The notes: generated from the sequence alone by a model not told the origin. DNA of 64,000 nt from Leucoraja erinacea (GCF_028641065.1 NC_073414.1:2480001-2544000), one strand, 5' to 3'. Positions 21,788 to 36,011 are shown, numbered from the stretch's first letter. Program-made: numbers and translations.

Positions 21788-24690
21788 ATGACAATGATAC
21801 AACATAAGAAGGGGGTGGGATGAGTTCGCTGGAGAAAACTGAAAGGCGATGGGGATGGAGTTGAGCCGACAGTCCCAGTGGCGGCGGCGTGGAACAGCCC
21901 GGGATCTTTACAGGATTGTGTCCTTAAATAGTCAGGACCAGAGGAAGTGATGTCAGGAGTTGTTCATGTTGTACATGGTTTTTAAAGGTGTATTCAATCA
22001 CCATTTACTATCCCCCGGCAGAAAATAGAATATTCTGTCAAACGACCTCTGGGAGGGCGATTGCTGCTAAACCAAGGGCTTGGACATGGATCAGTTAGTT
22101 GGAACAGCGGCCGCGTGTGGCATTGAATACTAAACGCTTGCTAAAGTCATGAGATCATAAGATAAGTAACAGGAGCAGAATGAGGCCACTTGAGTTTGTG
22201 GGAGCTTGCAATGTGTAAATTGGTTACCACTTTCCTTTATAGAAACATAGAAAATATATGGAGGAGTAGAGACCATTCAGCCCTTCTAGCCAGCACCGCC
22301 ATTCAATGTGATCATGGCTGATCATCTACAATCAGTACCCCGTTCCTGCCTTCTCCCCATATCCCCTGACTCTGCTATCTTTGAGAGCCCTATCTAGCTC
22401 TCTCTTGAAAGCATCCAGAGAACCGGCCTCCACCGCCCTCTGAGGCAGAGAATTCCACAGACTCACCACTCTCTGTGAGGAAAAAGTGTTTCCTCGTCTC
22501 CGTTCTAAATGACTTACCCCTTATTCTTAAACTGTGGCCCCTGGTTCTGGGCTCCCCCAACATCGGGAACATGTTTCCTACCTCTAGCGTGTGTCCAAAC
22601 CAAAGATCCTATAGCGGAGCAAGATAGATCACTCCTTTTTAATATATGGAGGAGTAGAGGCCATTCAGCCCTTCTAGCCAGCACCGCCATTCAATATGAT
22701 CATGGCTGATCATCCACAATCAGTACCCTGTTCCTGCCTTCTCCCCACATCCCTTGATTCCGTTAATTCCTTTAAGATACCCCACTTAAGAACGTACATA
22801 GAAACATAGAAAATAGGTGCAGGAGGAGGCCATTCGGCCCTTAGAGCCAGCACTGCCATTCAATATGATCATGGCTGATCATCTCATAGGTTTGTCCGTA
22901 TCTGGAACGAGCTGCCAGAGAATGCTATAGAAGTGGACACGTTTATTGATTTGTACAATACATTTGGACAGATGTATGGATAGGAAGGGTTTCATTTGGA
23001 TAAAGACCAAATTCAGGTAAATGTCACCAGGCCAATACTTTAGTATTGAGTAGGACCCTTCTTCAGACTGACGGTGACGGGGCCTGGAGCAGTAACACCA
23101 GGTAAGAGGCATCTGGACAGGTACATGAAACGAGCAGAGGGTAGAGGGGGAATGGAATTAATGTAAGCATGTGGGATTGGCACAGACACAAAACGCTGGA
23201 GTAACTCAGCGGGACTGGCAGCATCTCTGGAGAGAAGGAATGGGTGACGTTTCGGGTCGAGGCCATTCTTCTGACTGATCAGAGTGAAGAAGTGTCTCGA
23301 TCCAAAACGCCGGCCATTCCTTCTCTCCACAGATGCTGCCCGTCCCGCTGAGTTACTCCAGCATTTTGTGTCTATCTTCGATTTAAACCAGCATCTGCAG
23401 TTCCTTCCGACAACATTGGGATTGGTATAAATAGGCAAGGTGGTCGGCATGGAAACACACTGGGCCAAAGGGCCTGTTTCCATGCTGTACTTCCCCACTC
23501 TATAAAAATCGATGAGTAATGCTAACATAACATGTGGATGTATTGACTGAAAATACATTAATATGAATGTAGGCATTTGGCATCAATTTTTAATTTAGTA
23601 CAAATTTCCATTCAATATATTTTTTTCCACTGATCTAAAATCATGCCTTGCTGATCTTAAGTTACTTATTTGTATTGATATTCTTGCTTATCCAACACCA
23701 TTAAATGTTTTGCATTTCTTAATGAGCGACCCGCCTTACAACTAACCAGCTACAAATGTGTGTTTTTGTTTTCATGCCTGATCTTCAAAGCTCAGGGTTT
23801 AGGCTAATTGATCATTAGGGAAATTCTCCACAATGAATCAATTTATCAAGGAATAATCACCGTGGCTGGGATTATTGTGTCTGTACACTGTGCTGTCCAG
23901 TTCTAAGGCTGATGGAAAATCAATGGTCCTCTGATCTGCGCAGCTAAGCTATAGTCTTACGTGTAGAAACAAGGAAATGCATGTTTTTGGAGCAGAATTA
24001 GGCCATTCAGCCCATCGAGTCTACTTCGCCATTCAATTATGTTGCCAAGATGAACTAATCTCTAAATGCATTTCGTTGTCTCTGTACTGTACACTGACAA
24101 TGACAATTAAAATTGAATCAGAATCTGAATCTGAATCTAATCTCCTCCTGTCTGCACGTGATCCATATCCCTCCATTATCGTATCTGCTTCCACCACCAC
24201 CCATGGCAGCATGTTCCACACACCCACTGCTCTCGGTGTAAAAAAACCCACCCCATATGCTTCTTCTTCAAATTTTGCCCCGCTCACCTCGTCATGGAAT
24301 GATGCAGCGTGGAAACAGGCCCTTCACCCCAACTTGCCCACTCCGGCCAACATGGCCCAGCTACACTAATCCCAGCTACCCACAATTGGTCCATATCCCT
24401 CCAAACCTGCCCTATCCATGTACCTGTCTGTTTCTTAAACGTTGGGATAGTCCCAGCCTCAACTACCTCATCCGGCAGCTCGTTCCATACAACCACCACC
24501 CGTTGTGTGAAAAAGCTACCCCTCAGATGCCTATTCAATCTTTTCCCCCTCACCTTGAACCCATGTCCTCTGGTCCTCGATTCCCCTACTCTATACAAGA
24601 GACTGTGCATCTACCCGATCTATTCCTCTCATGATTTCATGCACCTGGAAGCTATGCCTAGTCTAGTCTTTGACATTTCAAGAACATATA

Positions 24691-25176
24691 TGGTGATGTT
24701 TCGGGTCGGGGACCCTTTTTCAGAATTCTTGTTGATATGGTATGTATATGTACCTATGGTCCACCCAGTCCACGCAAACCAGCGATCACCCTTGTAGTAT
24801 TCCCACACTAGCGACAATATACAGAGGCTGACTAACCTACAAACCCGCACGTCTTTGGGACGTGCGGTCACAGAGAGAATGTACAAACTCCGCACAGAAG
24901 GCAGCTGTGGTCAGGATTGAACCCGGGTCACTGGCGCTGCACGGTGGCAACCCACTCTACCCGCTGCGCCACCGTGTGAGTTATGGATGAGCAATATTTA
25001 AACAGCGACCTTCTGTTGCAACCACATTTCAGAATGTCACGGGAGGGTAAGTCGACTGAGACCTGTCTCTTTACCCGATGTTACGAATGACAAGGCAGGA
25101 CAGGAGTCCTTGAGAGAGCAGGCTGTCTTTGTTTGTGAAGGTCATAATTGTATGGGTTCTGTATCTGAATGCTGCA

Positions 25177-25215
<39 letters not shown>

Positions 25216-25579
25216 TTGTGCACCTATTCCCGCCCCCATCCCCCCCCCCCTTCTCCCTTTCTGTTTTTTGTTTTTTCTGTTTCTTGTTTTTTGTGCTAAA
25301 TTGTATGTATGCACTGAGTACGAGCAGCTTTCAGTTTCACTGTACATGTATAGTGACAATAAATGGCATATCTATATCTATCTATCTATCTATCTATATC
25401 TACACACAGGCAGCTCCCAACCTAGTGGCATGAATATTGATTTCACTAACATTGTAACCCTTGCATTCCCTCTCTCTCCATCCCTCCCCCACCACAGTCA
25501 AACCAGCTTCAAAGTAGTCTTTGTCGAGTCTCATTGCCTAAACTCGTTCTCACCAAGCAAACAATGTCCAAGAAGGGAC
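24691..25579 (+). repeat. Direct duplicate of window positions about 8-855
   Basis: Colinear, shares unique non-TE sequence. Confidence 0.85.
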
Positions 25580-25986
25580 TGCAGATGCTGGTTTAAACCA
25601 TATACACAATAGACAATAGGTGCAGGAGTAGAGGCCATTTGGCCCTTCGAGCCAGCACCGCCATTCAATGTGATCATGGCTGATCATCCCCAATCAGTAC
25701 CCCGTTCCTGCCTTCTCCCCATATCCCCTGACTCCACTATCTTTAAGAGCCCTATGTAGCTCTCTCTTGAAAGCATCCAGAGAACCGGCCTCCACCGCCC
25801 TCTGAGGCAGAGAATTCCACAGACATGTTGGCTGGTGTGGGCAAGTTGGGCTGAAGGGCCTGTTTCCTCACTGTATCACTCTATGACTGTGTGTTGGACT
25901 TAGTAAGGCTTGTTAACAGGAGATAGACACAAAAAGCTGGAGTAACTCAGCGGGACGGGCAGCATTTCTGGAGAGAAGGAATGGGT

Positions 25987-26014
25987 GACGTTTCGGGTCG
26001 AGACCCTTCTTCAG
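25987..26014 (-). ncRNA. Minimal type I hammerhead ribozyme motif
   Basis: Minus strand reads CTGAAGAAGGGTCTCGACCCGAAACGTC, with intact core, GGGT/ACCC stem II and GUC site. Confidence 0.55.
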
Positions 26015-29000
26015 TCAGGCTGTTGTGTTTAAGAAAGAACTGCAGATGCTGGAAAAATCAAAGGTGTACAAAAATGCTGGAGAAACTCAGTGGGTGAGGC
26101 AGCATCTATGGAGCGAGGAAATAGAAACATAGAAAATAGGTGCAGGAGTGGGCCATTCGGCCCTTCCGACAGTCAATATGATCATCCAACAGTATCCTGT
26201 ACCTGCCTTCTCTCCATACCCCCTGATCCCTTTAGCCATAAGGGCCACATCTAACTCCCTCTTAAATATAGCCAATGAACTGTGGTCTCAACTACATTCT
26301 GTGGCAGAGAATTCCAGAGATTCATCACTCTCTGTGTAAAAAATGATTTTCTCATCTCGGTCCTAAAGGATTTTCCCCATTATCCTTAAACTGTGACCCC
26401 TGAAATAGGCAACGTTTCGGGTCGAGACCCTTCTTCAGACAGGCACGAGGAACTTTATGTTGTAAAAACCTATGGATGAAAAACATTGGAGTCATTTGAG
26501 AATCAGGAACGACTGTGTGCACATATGATTTAAGATTATCTTAACGAGTTTTTCTCACACTTGCGAAACCTTGTCATCTGTTGAAACATGATGAATATTT
26601 ATTTTGAATTCCATTTGGGCATTAAAACAGTTGATTGCCAATTCTGTAATACATTTCACATCCACTGCTCATCCCAATGCACTTTACAGCTTAGCATTAG
26701 GTGGAATTGAGTTGGGAGGCAGCAACTGCAGCAGCTAATTTGCCAAGGCAGACAGCAGTGGGTTTGTGATAATGATGTTAAGATGTTTGAAGGTCAATTG
26801 TTGGCTACGAGACAAAGTCTCTGAAAACGAGATTTCATCCATCCACCTGCCAGGGCAAATAAGGAATTGGATATAAAAACTCCTAAATGTACCGATAATA
26901 TAGTTAGCTCAACCACATCTTTCCCAATTGTACCATCCAGTCAAGCTACTGTTTCCATCATTCCACCTCAATATTTTTGGAATTCAGTGTAGGAAGGAAC
27001 TGCAGATGCTGGTTTAAACCGAAGATAGGCACAAAATGCTGGAGTAACTCAGCGGGACAAGCAGCATCTCTGGAGAGAAGGACAAGCTGGATGCAGGAGA
27101 AATGTTGGGCCAGGGGCCACACACAGTCTTGGAATGAAGGGGATGCCATTTAAGACTGAGGTGAGAAAAAGCTTTTTCACCCAGAGAGTTGTGCATTTGT
27201 GGAATTCCCTGCCACAGAGGGCAGTGGAGGCCAAATCACTGGATGGATTTAAGAGAGTTAGATAGGGCTCTAGGGGCTAGTGGAGTCAGGGGATATGGAG
27301 AGAAGGCAGGCACGGGATATTGATTGGGGACGATCAGCCATGATCACAATGAATGGCGGTGCAGGCTCGAAGGGCCGAATGGCCTCCTCCTGCACCTATT
27401 TTCTATGTTTCTATATTTCTAAGAATGGGTGACGTTTCAGGTCGAGACCCTTGTTCAGACTGCAGATGCTGGTTTTTCCTAGATAGACTCAAAGTGTTGG
27501 AATAACTCAGAGGGTCAGGCTGCACCTCTGGAGAGAAGGAATGGGTAATGTTTCGGGTAGAGACCTAACAAACAGCTAGCAATGGCCTGTTTCCTTTTTC
27601 ATCGTTACTTTTTTGCACATCTTTCATTCATTTGTTCTATATCTCTCCACGTCGCCGTCCATATCTCTCATAGAAACATAGAAAATAGGTGCAGGAGTAG
27701 GTCATTCGGCCCTTCGAGCCTGCACCGCCGTTCAATATGATCAGATGAATGCATTTCGTTGTCTCTGTACTGTACACTGACAATGACAATTAAATTGAAT
27801 CTGAATCTGAATCATGGCTGATCATCCATTCAGTATCCCATCCCTGCCTTCTCTCCATACCCCCTGATCCCTTTAGCCACATCTAACTCCCTCTTAAATA
27901 TAGCCAATGAACTGGCCTCAACTACCTTCTGTGGCAGAGAATTCCACAGATTCACCACTCTCTGTGTGAAAAAAGTTTTTCTCATCTCAGTCCTAAAAGA
28001 TTTCCCCCTTATCCTTAAACTATGACCCTCGTTTCCCTCTCCCCCGACTCAGTCTGGAGAAGGGTCTCGACCCGAAACGTCACCTGTTCCTTCTCTCCAG
28101 AGATGCTGCCTGACCCGCTGAGTTACTCCAGCATTTTGAGTCTATCTTCGGTTTAAACCAGCACCTGCAGTTCCTTCCTACACCTTGTGACTCTTTCAAT
28201 CGATCAATTCAATCTAAACCCATCCAAAGACTGCAGAGGTAGCGCGGATTGGCTGCAGAGTTAACGAAGGGCGGGTTGCTGTATATTTCCTGAGCAAAGT
28301 AGGGGGGGACAACGAGTTCTTCAAACTCAAGGGACATTGCCTGCGTTACTGCAAAAAGATTGCCTGGAATTCTCAGTGCAACTTGCAAATTAAACTTGCA
28401 AAAAAAAAAAAAAAACACAATAATTTTTAAATTTTCCTTCTACAAAGAATTCCACCACCAGTGATTCACATTTCCAGGCTCTTTTATGTCTTGGGTAGTG
28501 GGTCTCTACTGTTTCATGATTGCTTTCAGTAAAATTAAAACTCCACCATCTGCTACAAAGCTTTTCTGCAACTGCTCCCTGGACTGTTGCACTGATGATT
28601 AAGCAACAGCTACAGACAACAAAGTCAACATCAGCGGAGGAGTCACAGGGCAGACATACGCTTGGCTAAGTGTTCCTTTTATGGTTTAGTTTAGAGATAC
28701 AGCACGGAAACAGGCCCTTCGACCCACCGGGTCCGCGCCGACCAGCGATCCCCGCACACTTTAACACTATCCTACATACACACACACTAGGGACAATTTA
28801 CATTCACACCAAGCCAATTAACCTACAAACCTGTACGTCTTTGGAGTGCGGGAGGAAACTGAGGATCTCGGAGAAAACCCACGCAGGTCACGGGGAGAAC
28901 GTGCAAACTCCGTACAGACAGCACCCATAGTCGGGATCGAACCCGGACCCGTGGCACTGTAGGGTAGCAACTCTACCACCGTGCCGCGCAAGGATGAGTG

Positions 29001-29845
29001 TTAAGGGACCAGAGTAAATCAGAAGGTCACTGCTTCACTCCCACTAAAGAACTCTGGACTTCCATGTCCAGCCCCAACCCCATCATCAGAACAATCCAGT
29101 GAGTCTTGATCTCGGGAATGCCAGCCTTGCCAGTGTTAACGTTGACTCCTCACAGGGGCCTGATACCAAACTGACGCACAGTGCCAACCAGCTTCTGGTG
29201 GTAAAACTTAAAAGGGGCAGGTTCAGCCACCAATAGTAGCTGATTGTGGTTGATGGCTGGTTAGTTTTGGAGCAGTAATGCTGCAGAAACAAGGGGTGAA
29301 AGAGTCCTCTCATCAAAGTGAAAAAAACATCAGATGCAACACTGTGGATAATAGGAAGGATATCTGCTCTGGATTGATTACTTATTGATCCCATCTTTGG
29401 TTCAGGAGAATGTTCAAGTTCCAATTAGTCCCCCTCCCAACAATTGTCTGTGCCATTACTGCTCCCCCTACCACCACCTTTTCTCTTCTCTTCTCTCCCA
29501 TCCTGGCGAGAGTCCGTGGCCCATATCTGAGCCAGGTACAGGAGAAAGAGACTCTCTTCTGATGATGGAGCTGGAGGTGAGGCACTTCCACGCCCAGCTA
29601 TCGAAGAGAGAGAGAGAAAAAAACCAGAGATTGTCCAATGAGTCCAGTGCTCTCCCATCAAGCCTCCATAGCTGCTGTTTCACTGAATCACAGCCAATAG
29701 ATTGAAGGGATCCTCAGATTCTATTCTGGTTGTTTGTTTGTCTTTTTGCACAAAGTCCACGAGCATTGCCACTTTTCATTTCACTGCACATCTCGTATGT
29801 GTGTGTGACAAATGGACTTGACTCGACTTGAGATGCATCTGGACC

Positions 29846-29977
29846 TCATTCCGTCTTGCTAAGATTCCTCTGGTACTGGTTGGGTCCAATATAACGCAGG
29901 GGGCTGTGCCCGGGGTGAGTGAGCATTTCTCTTCCGAGGTACGGTTGCAGGACCTTCGGGACACGCACGCTTCCATC
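29846..29977 (-). CDS. SARS2: SARS2 exon 16 (terminal)
   Basis: [43 protein letters not shown]. Confidence 0.93.
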   Translation of the reverse strand, partial: DGSVRVPKVLQPYLGREMLTHPGHSPLRYIGPNQYQRNLSKTE

Positions 29978-31619
29978 CTGAAGAATAAAAGTGCATCACC
30001 ACAATTGCATCTCAGTTTAAACCCCTCATCCATGCCCTCTCCACCCAAACCATCCAACTTGGTCTTTGACACCAACCACAATGGGTTTGTGCCAAACTCA
30101 CTGAAGCCTCACGCTGCTAGTCAACACAAGAACACCTTGCTAAAAGGGTGACACAGCTGGTGGAGCCACTGCCTCTTGGTGCCAGAGACCCAGGTTCGAT
30201 CCTGACGTCGGCCGCTGGATGTACCGAGTTTATACTTCCCTCTGGGAATGAATACAGTTCTGTCGTATCGTATATTCATGGGTTTCCACTCATGTCCCAA
30301 AGACATTATGTTTAAGAAGGAAATGCAGATGCTGGAAAATCGAAGGTAGACAAAAGTGCTGGAGAAACTCAGCGGGTGCAGCAGCATCTATGGAGCGAAG
30401 GAAATAGACAACGTTTCGTCCCGAAACGTTGCCTATTTCCTTCGCTCCATAGATGCTGCTGCACCCGCTGAGTTTCTCCAGCACTTTTCTCTACCTCCCA
30501 AAGACATTACGAGTCAGTAGCAGCAACTGGCCTCTGTACATTGCACCCAGTGTGTGGGTGAGGGTAGAATCTCGGGGAAGATCAGATTCAGATTCAGATT
30601 CAGATTCAATTTTAATTGTCATTGTCAGTGTACAGTACAGAGACAACGAAATGCATTTAGCATCTCCCTGGAAGAGCGACATAGCAAACGATTTGAATAA
30701 ATAATGATAAGTGTCCGGGGGGGGGGCGGTGGTGATTGGCAGTCACCGAGGTACGTTGTTGAGTAGATGGTGAGAATGTGGAACGAAAGCTCACTTTCTT
30801 GCCTGTTGCCCTGATATATGATAGTTAAGGGCTTGGACACGCTAGAGACAGGAAACGTGTTCCCGATGTTGGGGGAGTCCAGAACCAGGGGCCACACACA
30901 CACACAGTTTAAGAATAAGGAGTGAGCCATTTAGAACGGAGACGAGGAAACACTTTTTCCTCACAGAGTGTTAAGTCTGTGGAATTCTCTGCCTCAGAGG
31001 GCGGTGGAGGCCGGTTCTCTGGATGCTTTCAAGAGCGTGCTAAATAGGGCTCTTAAAGATAGAGGAGTCAGGGGATATGGGGAGAAAGCAGGAACGGGGT
31101 ACTGATTGGGGATGATCAGCCATGATCACATTGAATGGCAGTGCTGGGTGGAAGGGCCGAATGGCCTCCTCCTGCTCCTATTGTCTATCCCTCAGATCCA
31201 AAGGTCTATTGATCAGCCTTGATCGTGACTCGTGTACGAAGTGATCGCCAGTTGGTGCTGGCCTGGTGGGCTGAAGGTCCCGTTTCCGTGCTGCATCTCT
31301 AAGAAGTCTAACATTCAGAACACAGAGAGTGGTGAATCTGTGGAATTCTCTGCCACAGAAGGTAGTTGAGGCCACACAGTTCATTGGCTATATTTAAGAG
31401 GGTGTTAGATGTGGCCCTTGTAGCTAAAGGGATCAGGGGGTGTGGAGAGAAGGCAGGGATGGGATACTGAGTTGGATGATCAGCCATGATCATATTGAAT
31501 GGCGGTGCAGGCTCGAAGGGCCGAATGGCCTCTACTCCTGCACCTATTGCCTATGTTTCTAACACTGCACCTTGCCGCACATCACCGTGGCATTGAGCGG
31601 CTGAGATCTGAGGGTTTAC

Positions 31620-31685
31620 CTTCGTCTGGTTACATTCCAACAGAGCGATCATAGTGCGGGGAACTGCACACGCTGTCCCGTTGAC
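31620..31685 (-). CDS. SARS2: SARS2 exon 15 (66 bp, motif 3)
   Basis: VNGTACAVPRTMIALLECNQTK|gtaaac. Confidence 0.95.
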
Positions 31686-32059
31686 CTATGTTGAAGCAGA
31701 GACACAGACAGAGAGAGACGGAGAGAAAAATTAACTTCATGCTTCACTGGCTGTTAAACAGTCTGCAGAAAAATAAGAAACACGCTCCTCCTCCGTAGCA
31801 GTGGAAATGGGACATGTTGGCCAGTATGAGCAAGTGGGGCCGAAGGGTCTGTTTCCACACTGTATATTGGCTAGAATTAGGGGAACACCCATGCTCCTCT
31901 ACAAAATAATTGCACAACCTGACAAACAGGGTTGACAAAAATGCTGGAGAAACTCAGCGGGTGAGGCAGCATCTATGGAGCGAAGGAAATAGGCAACGTT
32001 TCGGGCCGAAACCCTTCTTCAGACTGACAAACAGCTGCTCCGTTTAACCTGAGGATACT

Positions 32060-32450
32060 CTGGAAGGTGATGAACATCCAGCTGAGATTTTTGTGCTCAA
32101 GAACTTTGAGAGTGAGGAAGTTTGGCACGTCTCTTCCAAACTTCCACAGATGTACCATAGAAATACTGTCAGGTGAGTTTGCTCTGGGCAACACAGCGAG
32201 AGACTGCATGGGGTTGTGGATGTGGCCCATTACACAGGCCAACCCTCCACCAATGACTCTGTTCGCGCTTCAAGCTCCCTTGGCAAAAGCACCTAATATA
32301 ACCAATATAACCAAAGACTTGTCCCTGTCCCGCCCCGCTCATTCCCTCTTCTCCCCGCTCCCGTCCACCAGAAGGTACAGAGGCTCGAAAGCTCGCACCA
32401 CCAGACTCAGGAACAGCATCTTCCCCTCAGGCTTCTGAACGGTCCTTCCA
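32060..32450 (+). mobile_element. Rex1/Babar LINE 3' fragment
   Basis: LRVRKFG..NFHRCTIE...HSLFSPLPSTRRYRGSKARTTRLRNSIFP. Related pieces at 38930-39150, 51570-51800 and 55434-55930 (-). Confidence 0.7.
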
Positions 32451-32692
32451 TAAGCTAGGGCACTGTCTGATTACTGTTGACTTAACGCGTGAATGAGGTG
32501 CAAAAGATGGCCAAGGCCCTTAACTCAGCGGGTGAGGCAGCATCTCTGGAAAGAAGGAATTGGAGGCTAGCAGGTGAGTGGACGGTTCAGTTGCCTGACA
32601 ACACCTGAATCTGGAGGTGTGCGTTTTCACACTTCATAACCTCCTTCCTGACGGGAGGTGAGGGGGTGGGCGGTGTTTGCTAAATGACTTAC

Positions 32693-32785
32693 AGTGTGAG
32701 CATACTTCAACAGAGGTGCTTCATCATAGTACATGATATTCAGCCTTCTGCTTTGGTAATCGGTGCAGTTAGAGGCACTGGAAAT
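32693..32785 (-). CDS. SARS2: SARS2 exon 14 (93 bp)
   Basis: [31 protein letters not shown]|gtaagt. Confidence 0.95.
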
Positions 32786-33730
32786 CTAGTAAAGAGAAAA
32801 TAAAAAATTACTGTCATGATTTTGAAGGATTAAAAGTAACGCAGGAGTAGAAATTAGGGGACATGAGGGGCAACTTTTCACTCGGGGGGGGGGGGGGAAT
32901 TTGGGAGGGGGGGTAGAGGGAGGGGTAGGTAGAGGGAGGAGGAGGGGGAGGGGAGGGGGGAGGGGCGAGGTAAGGGGGGGGGAGAGGGGGAGGGGGGAGG
33001 GGGGGGAGGGGGAGGGGGGGGGGAGNNNNNNNNNNNNNNNNNNNNNNNNNNNNNNNNNNNNNNNNNNNNNNNNNNNNNNNNNNNNNNNNNNNNNNNNNNN
33101 NNNNNNNNNNNNNNNNNNNNNNNNNNNNNNNNNNNNNNNNNNNNNNNNNNNNNNNNNNNNNNNNNNNNNNNNNNNNNNNNNNNNNNNNNNNNNNNNNNNN
33201 NNNNNNNNNNNNNNNNNNNNNNNNNNNNNNNNNNNNNNNNNNNNNNNNNNNNNNNNNNNNNNNNNNNNNNNNNNNNNNNNNNNNNNNNNNNNNNNNNNNN
33301 NNNNNNNNNNNNNNNNNNNNNNNNNNNNNNNNNNNNNNNNNNNNNNNNNNNNNNNNNNNNNNNNNNNATGAGGGGGGGGGGGGGAGGGGGGGAGGGAGGG
33401 GGAGAGGGAGGGGGAGAGGGGGGGGAGGGAGAGGGAGAGGGAGAGGGAGAGGAGAGGGAGGGGTGCACGCCTGGTTCAACAAGATGTGGTTTCAATGACA
33501 TGCCTCGTTCCACGTCCCGTTCCAATGTTCATTCCATCAACCAGCAGGTTCTCTGGATGCTTTCAAGAGAGAGCTAGATAGGGCTCTTAATGATAGCGGA
33601 GTCAGGGGATATGGGGAGAAGGCAGGAACGGGGTACTGATTGGGGATGATCAGCCATGATCACATTGGATGGCGGTGCTGGCTCGAAGGGCCGAATGGCC
33701 TCTACTACTGCACCTATTGTCTATTGTCTA

Positions 33731-33922
<192 letters not shown>

Positions 33923-34194
33923 CTACAACCATCAGGTTCTTGATCCCACCCATACAACCCCAATCCTGCCTTATAACTCCATGGACCACTTCTTGCATGA
34001 CTATGGACATTTTATTTTCTTGTCATGGTTTTGGCATTAATATATATATATTTTTTTAAAAGAATTGTGCAATTTGTGTACAAGTAACGTACAAGGTAGA
34101 CACCAAATGGTGGAGTAACTCAGCGGGTGAGGCAGCATCTACGGAGAGAAGGAACGGGTGGGGAAAATTAGGAACTGGCTGGAGACATTCTTAC

Positions 34195-34307
34195 TTGTAA
34201 TGGAGTCCAAGATCAGAGAAGATTTCTTTCTGCAGCGACACAAACTCATCCAGTAACTCTGTGCTCTCGGTTCCAGTCTCTGCAGCCGTCACTCCAAACA
34301 TCTCCAC
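34195..34307 (-). CDS. SARS2: SARS2 exon 12 (113 bp)
   Basis: VEMFGVTAAETGTESTELLDEFVSLQKEIFSDLGLHYK|gtaaga. Confidence 0.95.
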
Positions 34308-34380
34308 CTGCAATGGAACACAAAACATGTTGACAGGTTCATGGCATTTGGAGAACAGTAGGCCCAGGAAGTGGGTCATC

Positions 34381-34813
34381 GGCTTGTACGCGCTAGAATT
34401 CAGAAGATTGAGGGGGGATCTTATAGAAACTTACAAAATTCTTAAGGGGGTTGGACAGGCTAGATGCAGGAAGATTATTCCCGATGTTGGGGAAGTCCAG
34501 AACAAGGGGCCACAGTTTAAGGATAAGGGGGAAGTCTTTTAGGACCGAGATGAGAAAATCATTTTTTTTACACAGAGAGTGGTGAATCTGTGGAATTCTC
34601 TGCCACAGAAGGTAGTTGAGGCCACACAGTTCATTGTCTATATTTAAGAGGGAGTTAGATGTGGCCCTTGTTGCTAAAGGGATCAGGGGATATGGAGAGA
34701 AGGCAGGGCTGGGATACTGAGTTGGATGATCAGCCGTGATCATATTGAATGGCGGTGCAGGCTCGAAGGGTCGAATGGCCTCTACTCCTGCACCTATTTT
34801 CTATGTTTCTATG
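34381..34813 (+). mobile_element. CR1 LINE 3' fragment
   Basis: LEFRRLRGDLIETYKI... plus tail. Confidence 0.85.
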
Positions 34814-35216
34814 TCATTTGTTCTTTGAGTATGCTGGACATGAAGGGACAGAGCCGGCTGTACTTTTTGAGAAGGCTCAGTCCGCTCCTTCAACATCTGC
34901 AGTGAGATACTGCAGATGTTCTACCAGTGCCATCTTCTTTGCTGCCGTGTGCCGGGGCAGCAGGGCACCAGGATGAACAAACTGGTCAGGAAGGCTGGCT
35001 CCGTTCTGGGGGCGGAGATGCAGTTGGATTCTTGGGAGGTTGGTCTTGGAGGGGAGGATGCTCCTCAAACTGCGGAATCCGTGGAATTCTTTGCCACAGA
35101 AGGCTATGGAGGCCAAGTCAGTGGATATATTTAAGGTTGAGATAGATAGATCCTTGATTAGTACGGGCGTCCGAGGGGATGGGGAGATGGCAGGAGAATG
35201 GGGTGAGGAGGGAGAG

Positions 35217-35586
35217 ATAGAAACATAGAACATAGAAATTAGGTGCAGGAGTAGGCCATTCGGCCCTTCGAGCCTGCACCGCCATTCAATATGATCATGG
35301 CTGATCATCCAACTCAGTATCTCGTACCTGCCTTCTCTCCATACCCCCTGATCCCCTTAGCCACAAGGGCCACATCTAACTCCCTCTTAAACATAGCCAA
35401 TGAACTGGCCTCAACTACCCTCTGTGGCAGAGAGTTCCAGAGATTCACCACTCTCTGTGTGAAAAAAGTTCTTCTCATCTCGGTTTTAAAGGATTTCCCC
35501 CTTATCCTTAAGCTGTGACCCCTTGTCCTGGACTTCCCCAACATCGGGAACAATCTTCCTGCATCTAGCCTGTCCAACCCCTTAAG
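35217..35586 (-). mobile_element. CR1 LINE 3' fragment
   Basis: ORF 35314..35577 is the CR1 RT C-terminus. Confidence 0.85.
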
Positions 35587-35923
35587 ATAGATCAGCCATG
35601 GTTGAATCTGCAGTTAGCATGGGTTAGTACTTCGTACTTGATTAGTACGGGTGTTAGAGGTTATGGGGAGAAGGCAGTAGAATGGGGCTAGGAGAGAAAG
35701 TTAGATCAGCCATGATTGAATGGCGGAGTAGGCTTGATGGGCCGAATGGCCTAATTCTACTCCTATCACATGATCTTATGAGCGTTACATCCCTGTTTTT
35801 GTATTCGAGTCCTCTCGAAATAAATGCCAGCATTGCATTTTCCTTTCTTGCAGCCAATACAGTCACGGGACAAAGAGCATGTTGCTGATCGGGGGTGTTG
35901 TGTACAAGTAAAAGAAGTGGTAC

Positions 35924-36011
35924 CTTGGTGAAGTGGTGAACTCTGTAGAGACCCCAAGGCTCCCTGGCCGTGTCAGTCTCTGCACGGTAGCACGTACTAC
36001 TGCACACCATC
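35924..36011 (-). CDS. SARS2: SARS2 exon 11 (88 bp, motif 2)
   Basis: [29 protein letters not shown]|gtacca. Confidence 0.95.

Noticed and set aside
22240-22640. Near-identical block also at about 47890-48280
   Set aside because: CR1 fragment with a shared short end piece, consistent with a dispersed subfamily rather than a locus-specific duplication.
25075-25164. Possible 90-bp minus-strand exon (cag...gtaa), duplicated at about 399-488
   Set aside because: The only open frame (YRTHTIMTFTNKDSLLSQGLLSCLVIRNI) resembles nothing recognised, the pyrimidine tract is weak, and no gene model needs it.
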